This document shows, piece after piece, positions 18,577-28,100 of a stretch of 64,000 nucleotides of DNA. The DNA is from an uncultured Myxococcales bacterium (lineage in GTDB: Bacteria > Myxococcota_A > UBA9160 > UBA4427). The notes below the pieces were generated by a model. The model ran no database searches. It had not been told where the DNA came from and saw only the letters and a list, made by a program, of their open reading frames with translations. Each line of letters begins with the position of its first letter. Position 1 is the first letter of the stretch. A program made the position numbers and the translations under genes. The stretch is taken from contig CBFDDD010000002.1 of NCBI GenBank assembly GCA_965603475.1, positions 57,531-121,530 on the forward strand, written 5' to 3'.

Positions 18577-19575
18577 TTGGCTGGACATGACGACGGGCGG
18601 CAGTCCCCCTCAGATTTGCCGCTGCGTTTCCGAGATCGGATTCTGCTGGGCCTTCTGTGGACGTTGACCGTCCTCTTCGAGCGAATTCCGATTGATCGCG
18701 CAGTTTCGCTGGGCGCGAAACTGGGACGGGGCTGGTACGGATTGGGTGGTCCACGGACCCGTCGCGTTCGTGATCAGCTGGAGGCAGCGTTTCCGGAGCA
18801 GGATATTTCCGATCGCGAGAACTGGGCGCGGGAGGTCTTCATTCATCTAGGTAGAGGGCTTGCGGAGCTCGTACTACTTCGGGGGCGCCACCGAACAGCT
18901 CTACTCGATCGCGTCCAGGTCGAGGGCCTCGAACATATCGAGGCGGCCGCGCGCCAGACGCCGTCCGGCGGAGTCTTGATCGTGACGGCGCATTTCGGAA
19001 ATTGGGAGCTCGCTTGCGCCAAGGCCGCGTCGATCGGAATCCCGATTTCGGTGGTCTATCGCCGGCTGCGCCAGCCTTTGCTCGACCGCGCCATGCTCGG
19101 GTTACGAGCCGCTTCGTCGGAGCTGCCGAGTGGGGCAGCGACGGTCGATCAGATCCCAATGGGCCGGGCGGGAATTCGGCTGGTTCGCGCACTCGAGGCG
19201 GGTCGCAAGGTGGTCGTTCTGCTCGATCAGGATGCCCGGCGCAGTGAGGGCGTCTTCGTATCCTTTTTCGGACGACAAGCCAGCACGCGCGATGGGCCGA
19301 TCTCACTCGCGACGAAGCGTGGGGTCCCCGTCGTACTGGTTTTCGTGCGACGTGATGAAGATGGGCGGGCACACAGGCTCCGAATCCAGCCTGCACTCCA
19401 GCTCGAGTCGGGATCGTCCGATGACGAGGAAGTCCTGAGGAGGAATGTTCAGCGCATCACGGCGGCAATCGAAGAGGAAATTCGAGCTTGTCCGGGACAA
19501 TGGATCTGGACTCATCGGCGCTGGCGAACCCGGCCCGCGCCAAAATCCGCGATGTCTGACCGGAACAGGGTCTGA
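18577..19575 (+). CDS. LpxL/HtrB-family (lipid A late) acyltransferase
   Basis: TAHFGNWEL (HX4E), LLDQD, VFVSFFG and PGQWIWTHRRWRT. Start uncertain (TTG 18577 used). Confidence 0.85.
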   Translation: MAGHDDGRQSPSDLPLRFRDRILLGLLWTLTVLFERIPIDRAVSLGAKLGRGWYGLGGPRTRRVRDQLEAAFPEQDISDRENWAREVFIHLGRGLAELVLLRGRHRTALLDRVQVEGLEHIEAAARQTPSGGVLIVTAHFGNWELACAKAASIGIPISVVYRRLRQPLLDRAMLGLRAASSELPSGAATVDQIPMGRAGIRLVRALEAGRKVVVLLDQDARRSEGVFVSFFGRQASTRDGPISLATKRGVPVVLVFVRRDEDGRAHRLRIQPALQLESGSSDDEEVLRRNVQRITAAIEEEIRACPGQWIWTHRRWRTRPAPKSAMSDRNRV

Positions 19576-19613
19576 TCGAAACAGGCCCTTCGAATCATAC
19601 GAGGTCTCTCGAG

Positions 19614-20363
19614 TTGGCTGTTCACCGATCCATACGAACTTCACACACGAGCGGTATCCTCGTCCTCTCGCTCTTGATCGGAGGCTGCGTCAATTCGAAT
19701 AGGCCTGTCGGTTCTTCTTCACTCGATTCCGAAACTTGTCCAAGTGCTGAAGCCGTCGTGAACCTCGAACAAGCCCAGCTCTTTCGAGAGGCAGAGACCG
19801 AACGCGCGACGCAACTCCTGCAAGAGATCGAAAGGCTTCATGCCGACCTCGAGACTGCCGAGGCCGCGCTCGTCGAAGCAGAGTCTGGTCTTGCAACGAC
19901 ACATTCCCGAGCGGATGCCATTTCATCCATCGCAGTGACACGCATCCAGGTCGAACGGGCAGCGTCCTCCGCGCCGTGGCGAGCGGATGATATCGCGATG
20001 GCGCGAACCAAACTCGAAGAGGCCGAACGTCAGGTCGAAGAAGATCGATTTGGTGTTGCTCTCTTCTTCGTTCACCGGGCACGTCGAGCCGCCGAATCGA
20101 TCCTCGACGAAGCGGACCTCGTACGGCGCGACGGGCACGTCCAGCTGATTCAAGCGCCCCGCGTGAACTTGCGGGCAGGACCGTCTACGAGCGAATCGAT
20201 CTTGTCTGTGCTCAGTTTTGGGACGCCCGTGTTTCCCCAAGCGCGTGAAGGCAACTGGGTACTCGTCCAGGTCAGCGGGGGCCCCGTCGGATGGATCCAT
20301 CGACGGTTGGTCGGTACACGATTCTCGACCGAGAGTGAGGCCCCGGCAGCGCTCAGGCCTTAG
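19614..20363 (+). CDS. Lipoprotein with coiled-coil region and C-terminal bacterial SH3 domain
   Basis: Lipobox LIGGC; helical Ala/Glu-rich middle; VNLRAGPST...GNWVLVQ...GWIHRRLV (SH3b). Confidence 0.7.
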   Translation: MAVHRSIRTSHTSGILVLSLLIGGCVNSNRPVGSSSLDSETCPSAEAVVNLEQAQLFREAETERATQLLQEIERLHADLETAEAALVEAESGLATTHSRADAISSIAVTRIQVERAASSAPWRADDIAMARTKLEEAERQVEEDRFGVALFFVHRARRAAESILDEADLVRRDGHVQLIQAPRVNLRAGPSTSESILSVLSFGTPVFPQAREGNWVLVQVSGGPVGWIHRRLVGTRFSTESEAPAALRP

Positions 20364-22077
20364 TGGTTGGGATCGTGTCTGGGATAGGCGATCGGGGCCC
20401 GGCGTCGGCTGCGACAACCCGGTTGCGACCCGTGTCCTTTGCGGTGTAGAGAGCGGCGTCCGCATCCTTGAAGAGCTGCTTGCGATCTTCATAGAGAGTT
20501 GCGACGCCGATACTGACGGTGAGCTGTTCCTTCTCGCTCGGCACATCGGTCAAGAAGGTCTCTTCTTCGACGGATTGACGGATCTTCTCTCCGAGTGCGA
20601 CAACGCCGTCGAGATCCGTATCCAAGGCGATCAAGGCAAACTCTTCCCCGCCGTACCGGGTCAGGATGTCGGTTTCGCGAACACAATGATTCAGGACCTC
20701 GGCCAGTCTTCTCAGAATCTCATCGCCGCCCGCGTGCCCCAACCGATCGTTCCATTTCTTGAAATAATCGATATCGATCAGAATCAGGGATAGCGGGTCC
20801 TTCGAGCGTAGACTTCGTTTGCATTCCGTCGCAATCGACTCCTGAAAGTATCGATGGTTGTGAAGCTTTGTCAGGCCATCTGTGATCGACAGTTGTTCGA
20901 GAACGAGGTTCACATCCGAGAGTTCCTGGTTTTTGACGATGAGTTCGTCATTGGCCACCTTGACTGCGTGGTGGCTCTTCTCGATCTCGCGAGCATTTCG
21001 CTCGAGTCCGCGGCTCATTTCGTTGAACGTTCGCGTTAGAACGTTCACTTCCTCGGAAGTGAGAGTCGTTTCGTCGATCTCGACGTCACGTTCGCCCTTG
21101 GATAGGCGTTCCGCGGCGTCGGAGAGCGCGCGGAGAGGTCTGACGAAGGAGCCTGCGATCCGAGAGGCGGCAAGGCTGACGAGGAGTACGATCGCCAGAT
21201 TGAGTCCCGCTACGCGACCGATCGAGCCGGCAACCGGTGCAAATGCTTCCTCGTAGCGCTGCTCGAGAACCAGGATCCAGCCGAAGCGCGGAAAGGGGAC
21301 CTGGGCTCCCACGACGTGGAGATTCTGCACATTGTCATAGTGTGCGACGCCCAGAACGGAGGGGCTGTCCCGATTCGAACTCGCCTCAGGGGCAACGAAG
21401 CGGGTCTCCGGATCGAGCCCAGCAGGTGGATTCAAGAAGCGCATGTTGCGATCGACCAGGAAGACGCTGGCGCTTTCGCCGATGTCACGACTGCGAAGCG
21501 TCGACAAGAGAAAATCGAGATTCATCACCGCAAAGAGCCGTCCAATCGATCGCCCTTTCGCGTCTCGCATCGGGGTCGAAGCAATCTGGACGAAGTGGCC
21601 ATTGATTCGCATCGCATCGCTGATCGCGTTGGTTTCCTGGCGCGGCGTGGAAGCGGAGAGCAGGCCCTTGGGCAGCGGCTTTTCGTCGCCGACCTGAATC
21701 AGGGACTCACCGTCGGAATTCGTGAGTACCAGCCGCTCGAATTGTGGAAAGCTGTCGAGCACGTAGCGCAGGTATTGTTCGGTTTCGTCGCGGGCCCGCA
21801 GAGCACGGCGATGCGAGGTACCAAGCCGAGGCGCGGACTCAGTCAGGATCGCACTGCTCGCAAAGACCTCGAGTTCTCGGGAACGGAGCACATACCACTG
21901 ATCGAGTTCGCGGGAGATGCGGTCTGCGGCCCGGGGAAACCTCTGATCGACCTTCTCGTGCAGAAAACTGCTGAGCGACTGCACCGAGATCCAGGACACC
22001 GTGAGTGCGCTCACGACGGTCGCCAGGAAAACGAGCAGAATGATTCGGCCAGCGAGACTGCGAAGGGGGTTGTTCAT
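20353..22077 (-). CDS. Membrane diguanylate cyclase (Cache-HAMP-GGDEF)
   Basis: Two TM helices flanking a periplasmic Cache-like domain; HAMP; TDGLTKLHNHR; DIDYFKKWNDRLGHAGGD; GGEEF with RxxD I-site (RETD). Confidence 0.9.
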   Translation of the reverse strand: MNNPLRSLAGRIILLVFLATVVSALTVSWISVQSLSSFLHEKVDQRFPRAADRISRELDQWYVLRSRELEVFASSAILTESAPRLGTSHRRALRARDETEQYLRYVLDSFPQFERLVLTNSDGESLIQVGDEKPLPKGLLSASTPRQETNAISDAMRINGHFVQIASTPMRDAKGRSIGRLFAVMNLDFLLSTLRSRDIGESASVFLVDRNMRFLNPPAGLDPETRFVAPEASSNRDSPSVLGVAHYDNVQNLHVVGAQVPFPRFGWILVLEQRYEEAFAPVAGSIGRVAGLNLAIVLLVSLAASRIAGSFVRPLRALSDAAERLSKGERDVEIDETTLTSEEVNVLTRTFNEMSRGLERNAREIEKSHHAVKVANDELIVKNQELSDVNLVLEQLSITDGLTKLHNHRYFQESIATECKRSLRSKDPLSLILIDIDYFKKWNDRLGHAGGDEILRRLAEVLNHCVRETDILTRYGGEEFALIALDTDLDGVVALGEKIRQSVEEETFLTDVPSEKEQLTVSIGVATLYEDRKQLFKDADAALYTAKDTGRNRVVAADAGPRSPIPDTIPTTKA

Positions 22078-22403
22078 CGGGTCCTTTGCGCGGAGGTGCC
22101 GACCCGCCACGCGTGATCAAATCCAAAGCAGGGCAGTGTTGCGTCGGTGATGACCGCCCCAGCCCACCGGTCTTTTCGGCCCACATCGGGGGTCGCTTGA
22201 CGGCTCGAAATAAGGTTTCCCCCCGGGACAATGATGTGGCAGAAAATTGCCGCACTCGGGTCGATTCCCTTTCCCTGTGTGGGGTTTGATTGCGATGCCG
22301 GGTACGCCTGTGTGATGATCTGGAGAGGCGCCGCCCGCCCCGATCTGTGGAGACACTCTTGCGAAACCCCGACTCGGACGCGTCGCCCCCCAACGCCGAT
22401 TCC

Positions 22404-23627
22404 GTGACTCATCGCCCGCCCCCGACCTTGGCGGATGTGCGTCGCTGGGTGACCGAGGTCGTTGCTGGAGTTCCCCTCGAACGCGAGCAGGCCGAGGCCC
22501 TCGCCGGTGTGCTTCGCGATGATGGCGTCCTGCCGATTCTCTGTGAAGGTGCGCTGGCGATCAAGCGAGCCCAGACGGCTGATCGCGTCACCGTATCGCG
22601 CAACCTGTTCATTCCACTGACGAATCTTTGTCGCAACCGATGCTCGTATTGCACTTTTGCCAAGCTACCCGAGGCGGACGATGCCCATACCTATAACCTC
22701 GAGGAGGTCGCAGAGACGATTCGCGGCGGTGTGGGAACCGGTTGCATCGAGGCGCTGATGTGTCTCGGTGACAAACCCGAGATCGCCTATCGAAGCTACC
22801 GCGAGATGCTCACCAGTCGCGGCATGTCGAGTACGACGGATCTGCTCGTCGAGGCCTGCCGGGTGACGGTCGAGGCGGGCATGTTGCCGCATACCAATGC
22901 CGGGATCCTGTCTAGAGAAGAGATGGCAAGACTTCGTCCATGGAATGCCTCGATGGGTCTGATGCTCGAAACGACGAGTCGCCGGCTGCGTGAAAAAGGC
23001 ATGCCTCATTTTCATGCGCCGGACAAAGAACCGGCTACGCGCATCAAGATGCACGAAGAAGCTGGCGAGTTGAAGATTCCCTTTACGACCGGCATGCTTC
23101 TCGGCATTGGTGAGAATGAGTTAGAGCGCGTCGATACGCTCCTGACCATTCGCGAGTTGGCGCTTCGATATGGTCACATACAGGAAGCGATCATCCAGCC
23201 TTTCCATCCGAAGCCGGATACGAAGATGCATGCGATTCAGTCGCTGGCCGATGATGAAGTCGTGGGTTGGGTGGCGCTGGCGCGACTGATCCTGCCGAGT
23301 GAAGTACACGTTCAGGCGCCTCCGAATCTAGGTTCGGGCATGCTGCCCCGGCTTCTCGGGGCCGGTGTAGATGATTGGGGTGGTGTTTCCCCCGTCACCA
23401 TCGACTTCATCAATCCAGAAGCCCCGTGGCCGGCACTTCGCCAGCTACGCGAGGCGACTGCCGAAGCAGGTTTTCAACTCTTCGAGCGAGGTCCGGTCTA
23501 TCCGGACTGGATTCTCGAACGTCCCGATTTCTTCGACCCGCAGATGCGGGCACTGCTGCCCAGATACGCCAACGACGAGGGCTATGCGCAGCGACCCAAT
23601 AACCAGTCCGACGAGGAGGCCGCTTGA
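22404..23627 (+). CDS. cofG: FO (7,8-didemethyl-8-hydroxy-5-deazariboflavin) synthase subunit CofG
   Basis: SRNLFIPLTNLCRNRCSYCTF (radical SAM CX3CX2C), LPHTNAG, SMGLMLE, QAPPNL, DDWGGVSPVTIDFINPEAPWP. Start uncertain (ORF open from 22290). Confidence 0.9.
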   Translation: MTHRPPPTLADVRRWVTEVVAGVPLEREQAEALAGVLRDDGVLPILCEGALAIKRAQTADRVTVSRNLFIPLTNLCRNRCSYCTFAKLPEADDAHTYNLEEVAETIRGGVGTGCIEALMCLGDKPEIAYRSYREMLTSRGMSSTTDLLVEACRVTVEAGMLPHTNAGILSREEMARLRPWNASMGLMLETTSRRLREKGMPHFHAPDKEPATRIKMHEEAGELKIPFTTGMLLGIGENELERVDTLLTIRELALRYGHIQEAIIQPFHPKPDTKMHAIQSLADDEVVGWVALARLILPSEVHVQAPPNLGSGMLPRLLGAGVDDWGGVSPVTIDFINPEAPWPALRQLREATAEAGFQLFERGPVYPDWILERPDFFDPQMRALLPRYANDEGYAQRPNNQSDEEAA

Positions 23628-23628
23628 A

Positions 23629-24891
23629 ATGTTCGAACAGCTCAACCATGCCGTATCCGATGATGTACGCGATCTTCTCGAAGGTGCCCTGCGCGGCGAT
23701 GAACTTTCGTCGGCCGATGCCGAACGGTTGCTCACGGTCCAGGGGTCCGATTTTCATGCATTGATCGCGGCAGCCGATGTCGCTCGCCAGCAAGATTGTG
23801 GAGACGATGTCAGTTACGTCGTCTGCCGCAATATCAACTTTACGAACGTCTGCTACGTCGGCTGTTCGTTCTGTGGGTTCGCCCGTCACAAGGACGACCC
23901 CATCGATGCGTTCGATCGAAGCCATGCGGAGATTCTCGAAAAGTGTCAGAACGCGATCGAACGTGGTGCGACCGAAGTCTGCATACAGGGTGGTATCCAC
24001 CCGAACAAGACCCACGAACACTATCGTGACATCCTTCTCGCGATCAAAGAGGTCTATCCCGATCTCCACATCCATGCCTACTCGCCCGAAGAGATCGATT
24101 TCGGACATCGAAAGAGCGGGATGAAACTCGAGGAGTATCTTCAGTGGTTGATCGACGCTGGTCTCGGAACGATGCCGGGCACGGCTGCAGAAATTCTCGA
24201 CGATGAGATTCGGGATATTCTGTCACCCAACAAATTGAAGACGGCGCGCTGGGTCGAAATCATCACGGCTGCGCACAAACTCGGATTGAGATCGACCTCG
24301 ACGTTGATGTACGGCCACATCGAGAAACCGCGCCACATCGCCGGACATCTCGACCTGCTACGCGAAATCCAGAAGGAGACCGGAGGTTTTACGGAGTTCG
24401 TACCGCTCGGTTTCATCCACGAACGAAATCTTCTCTACAACCTGCTTGGTTCGCGCCCCGGTCCGTCGATGCAGGAAGATCTTCGGATGATCGCGGTGTC
24501 GCGCCTCTTCCTGCGCCCCTGGATTACGAACATCCAGATCTCGTGGGTGAAAATGGGCCACAAACTCGGTCAGATGGCGCTCTGTGCCGGTGCGAATGAT
24601 TTCGGCGGAACCCTGATGGAAGAGTCGATCAGTCGCGAATCGGGCTCGGATTTTGGTGAAAACACGCCGCCCGAAGAATTTCGGCGATTGATTCGAGAAC
24701 TGGGTCGTACTCCAGTCGAGCGGACGACTCTGTATGACGTCGTCCAGCGCTTCGAAGATCCAGCGCTCGATCCAGAGTCGCTCGAGCCGGTCAAGGAAGT
24801 CGATTTGTCGGGCCCCGCCCGCTCGCGGCGAAAACTCGCGACCGCCGGATCGCCACGATCCACGGATGCGCCGACCGCCCTGGAGGCGTAG
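23629..24891 (+). CDS. cofH: FO synthase subunit CofH
   Basis: RNINFTNVCYVGCSFCGF, MPGTAAEILDD, STLMYGHIE, NIQISWVKMG and GANDFGGTLMEESISR; starts 2 nt after the cofG stop. Confidence 0.88.
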   Translation: MFEQLNHAVSDDVRDLLEGALRGDELSSADAERLLTVQGSDFHALIAAADVARQQDCGDDVSYVVCRNINFTNVCYVGCSFCGFARHKDDPIDAFDRSHAEILEKCQNAIERGATEVCIQGGIHPNKTHEHYRDILLAIKEVYPDLHIHAYSPEEIDFGHRKSGMKLEEYLQWLIDAGLGTMPGTAAEILDDEIRDILSPNKLKTARWVEIITAAHKLGLRSTSTLMYGHIEKPRHIAGHLDLLREIQKETGGFTEFVPLGFIHERNLLYNLLGSRPGPSMQEDLRMIAVSRLFLRPWITNIQISWVKMGHKLGQMALCAGANDFGGTLMEESISRESGSDFGENTPPEEFRRLIRELGRTPVERTTLYDVVQRFEDPALDPESLEPVKEVDLSGPARSRRKLATAGSPRSTDAPTALEA

Positions 24892-24935
24892 GGAGGCATT
24901 CGATGCCTTCCAGGTCGGTTTCAGGTGTAGGCTGG

Positions 24936-26738
24936 CTAGTCGCTGGTTGAATCCGAGCGCTTCAAGGTCTGGTCGACCCGCTCCGAGAGCGCTTCGACCT
25001 GATATCGAAGAGGTGCGTTCTCGAGAACGAGTCGCTCGACTCGTGTAATCGCATTGCGCACCGCAGGGTGATCTCGCCCGAGGCTTCGGCCGATTTCGGT
25101 GAAGGACGCGTCGGTATATCGATGCGCGAGGTACATCGCGAGCTGGCGTGGAACGAGGACGTCGCGACGGCGTGAGCGCCCAGCAAGCGCTTCCGGACGT
25201 TTTCCAAAGAAGGCAGCGACGATGCGGACGATCTCGCTCGTTGCGATGGTCTTTGGGGCGAGCGACGATCCCGCGCCCGATTTGAGCGCGATCGCTTCCT
25301 GGATCAGGTCGAGGTCGATGGTTCGACCGAGTAGTGAAGATGTCGTGACGACCTGGATCAGCAAGCTCTCGATGTCACGGACGCTTCCAGCGCTCGATTC
25401 GACGAGCAGATCGAGGCAATCGGCGGGGATATGGACGCCTCCAGCGGCTGCCTTCGAGCGCAGGATGTGTCGCCGCACGAGTGCGTCAGGCCTTTCGAGT
25501 TCGGCAACGAAACCGCGGCCGACCTGGTCACGCATTCGATCGTCGAGCCCCACGAGGTCTCGCGGCGCTTGGTCGCCGGTCAGCAGGACGCTTCCGCCCG
25601 CATCGAGTACGTGCTGAACGGTATGAAAGAGTTCGAGCTGGGTCTTGGCGCGCCCGCTGAAGAACTGGACATCTTCGACGATGAGCATCCCGATTGCACC
25701 GCGATAGCGCCGCTTCCAATCTTCGGAGTTTCCCAGTCGCATCGCCGACACGAACTCACTCGTAAACTGCTCCGCCGACGTATATACGACCCTCGAAGAC
25801 TGCTCGCGCGCGGCACTCGGTGCGAACGCCTGCGCCGTGTGTCCGGCGTGTCCGGGGTGTTGTCCGTGCCGTCTCGCTTCAGCCGCCGTCGCGCGAGCGA
25901 GATGGGTCTTGCCCATGCCAGAGTCGCCGCCGAGATAGAGCTGGTTGAGGCTGCGCTGTCGCCGTCGAGCAAGCGCCAGGGCCGCTTCGCGCGCGAGGGC
26001 GTTGCAGGGTCCGACAATAAAGCTCTCGAAGCTGAAAGGCAGTTCCTGCTGGCCGGCGCCGTTCTCGGTATCGAGTCCAGAGTCGCTTCGGGAGTTGCTT
26101 CCGGATTTGCGAGGGTGACGGGCTCTCGATCGCGAGTCGCTGCGGGTCGTTCCCGCGCGCTTTCGACTCTCAGGTTCGGGGACTGCATGAAGGTTGAGCG
26201 TTGCGGTTTCATCCGCTGTCACGATCAGGGGCTTTGCAGCAGATCCCGTCGTTCGATCGTCACCCGGGACGAGACTCGATTCGCTCGGTCTGGCCTGCAG
26301 GGCTCCTCCGCTTGCTATCGCGGCCTGCGTGACGCCGTAGGCAGACCCGGCGCGCGTCGAAAGCGCGTTCGACGCGACACCGCGCATTGGCATAGCCGTG
26401 GAAGTCTTCATGGATCGTTCGCGCTCGCCAGGTTGCCGGAACTCGATCGTCAGCCCACTTGCCGCACCGAACTCTTTCATGCATAGCAATTCGATCGAGC
26501 CCTTCTCCGCCCCAATCGATCCGGAGTTGGAACGAGCGGCGTGCCAACAATCGCGAATCACGTCGGCGTAGTGATTGCGAACACGATCGCGATGAAATGA
26601 ACTCGGACACCCGAGTACGACATGTCCGTCCGCCACCTTGACGGCAAGCGGTGCGATCCATGCGTCGAACGCAAATTCGGGGATTTCATCCTGGAGACGA
26701 CGCAAAGCGTCGCCCCAGACCTTGGGCGAAAAGGTCAT
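24936..26738 (-). CDS. dnaA: Divergent DnaA-family replication initiator (probable paralogue)
   Basis: Domain I (VW..AL..LQ...FDAWIAPL); long low-complexity domain II; FSFESFIVGPCN; Walker A GDSGMGKT; EDVQFF; SVRDIES; domain IV PRQLAMYLA...IG..GRDH. Several conserved residues are substituted (see findings). Confidence 0.85.
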   Translation of the reverse strand: MTFSPKVWGDALRRLQDEIPEFAFDAWIAPLAVKVADGHVVLGCPSSFHRDRVRNHYADVIRDCWHAARSNSGSIGAEKGSIELLCMKEFGAASGLTIEFRQPGERERSMKTSTAMPMRGVASNALSTRAGSAYGVTQAAIASGGALQARPSESSLVPGDDRTTGSAAKPLIVTADETATLNLHAVPEPESRKRAGTTRSDSRSRARHPRKSGSNSRSDSGLDTENGAGQQELPFSFESFIVGPCNALAREAALALARRRQRSLNQLYLGGDSGMGKTHLARATAAEARRHGQHPGHAGHTAQAFAPSAAREQSSRVVYTSAEQFTSEFVSAMRLGNSEDWKRRYRGAIGMLIVEDVQFFSGRAKTQLELFHTVQHVLDAGGSVLLTGDQAPRDLVGLDDRMRDQVGRGFVAELERPDALVRRHILRSKAAAGGVHIPADCLDLLVESSAGSVRDIESLLIQVVTTSSLLGRTIDLDLIQEAIALKSGAGSSLAPKTIATSEIVRIVAAFFGKRPEALAGRSRRRDVLVPRQLAMYLAHRYTDASFTEIGRSLGRDHPAVRNAITRVERLVLENAPLRYQVEALSERVDQTLKRSDSTSD

Positions 26739-27339
26739 TCAAACCAACTTGGAATAGAGTTGTTGAAAATCGAATCCAGAAAAGAATCGGCCCGAACTAG
26801 GTCAATCCGCTCGAACGAGGTCCCGAGGATCCCGCCCGATTTGGCATAGACACAGGATTCATGACTGGACCGACGATCTCCTCCTTGCCGATCAATTCGA
26901 TCGAGCAGGCGAAGTTCGAGGAAGGGCACCGCGGGTGAGCGGGGCTTACCGGCCTCAGATTCCAGGGTCTTGAGCTGATTTCGGGGGATTTCAAGAGGTT
27001 CAAGGGGGTCTCGCTAGATTTGAAGTCGAATCTTTTCGAGCAGCTGCGAGTAAACCATTTGTCTTCGCGATTGGCAATCATCTCCGATACGAAACGGGGA
27101 AGGCAGGTGACACATTTTCTAAACAGTCCAGATCGAGCCCAAAACACCTATTAACCGCTGTTTGCAATTCAATTTCCGGTGTGAATCAAGCATGTTCGGC
27201 GAATTTGCGAAGGCGCTTTCGACTCTGGTCCAGCGCAAAATGAACCAGTGTTTTCAGTATCTATATCGTACATATGCGCGTTATTTTGAAACTTAGCGTG
27301 AGAATGCTCGATTTTACGAAGCGTCAGACAATCGAGGAT

Positions 27340-28014
27340 TCAATTCGGCAGAGAAGTCGAGCCCGGCTCGCCCGCTGCGACCTCGGCGAGCCTGAAGCGC
27401 AACAAATCACCCATGATTTCGAACCGGGCAACGATTGAGTTGGCTTCGAGCAGTCGTTGACGTTCGATTGGCTCGAAGGCGAGCGACTGTGTGAGTGCAT
27501 TGATGAGACGTGCAGGTTCGAGTCGTTCGAAAGCCGCGATGGCCGGATCTTCTGCACCACTTCGACCGAGTCGCTGCACGAGACGTTCGAGATATTGGAG
27601 CAACTCGCGACGCCTTTGCTCGAGCAACTCGAGTGCTTTGGCATCCGGCGGCGTTTCGTCCAGCAACAACTCGACGCGTGCCGAGCGGTAGAGACGGTCT
27701 TCCCGACGTGCTTCTTCGTTGAGAATACGAAACCGGCTCATTCCGAGCAGTAGAATCTGAACAGTGCCGTCCGACTGTTCCTGGGCATGAACGACTCGAC
27801 CGAGACAGCCGATGTCGAAAGTGGCTGGATCACCTGTCATTTGATCGACACAATCAGGGCGTACGGTCACCATTCCGATCTGGTTCGAGCCCGCGAGTAC
27901 GTCCCGAGCCATCTGGAGATAGCGCGGCTCGAAGAGCCGGAGGGGAACCGAGATCTCGGGCAACAGCACGACATCAGCAAGCGGAAAGAGCGGCAGTGAT
28001 TCGATCTGATTCAT
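27340..28014 (-). CDS. Stand-alone Lon protease N-terminal (substrate-binding) domain protein
   Basis: LPLFPLADVVLLPEISVPLRLFEPRYLQM, IGCLGRV and GMSRFRI; no AAA+ or protease domain. Confidence 0.85.
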   Translation of the reverse strand: MNQIESLPLFPLADVVLLPEISVPLRLFEPRYLQMARDVLAGSNQIGMVTVRPDCVDQMTGDPATFDIGCLGRVVHAQEQSDGTVQILLLGMSRFRILNEEARREDRLYRSARVELLLDETPPDAKALELLEQRRRELLQYLERLVQRLGRSGAEDPAIAAFERLEPARLINALTQSLAFEPIERQRLLEANSIVARFEIMGDLLRFRLAEVAAGEPGSTSLPN

Positions 28015-28100
28015 TGCTGCGAAGCTTAGCCCTATAGACGTGGGTCAGCGTTGACGGATCGCGCAGAGGTCCCGAAACTCCCTGTTGGGGGTGGCGAGGA

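Noticed and set aside
6039-19575. Assigning the fab cluster to aryl polyene, flexirubin/dialkylresorcinol, ladderane or PUFA pathways
   Set aside because: No KS-CLF pair, DarA/DarB, radical SAM enzymes, pfa multidomain PKS or tailoring genes are present.
26739-27339. oriC call next to the dnaA-like gene
   Set aside because: No perfect DnaA boxes, only two single-mismatch ones; no dnaN/gyrB/rpmH context; DnaA itself is degenerate.
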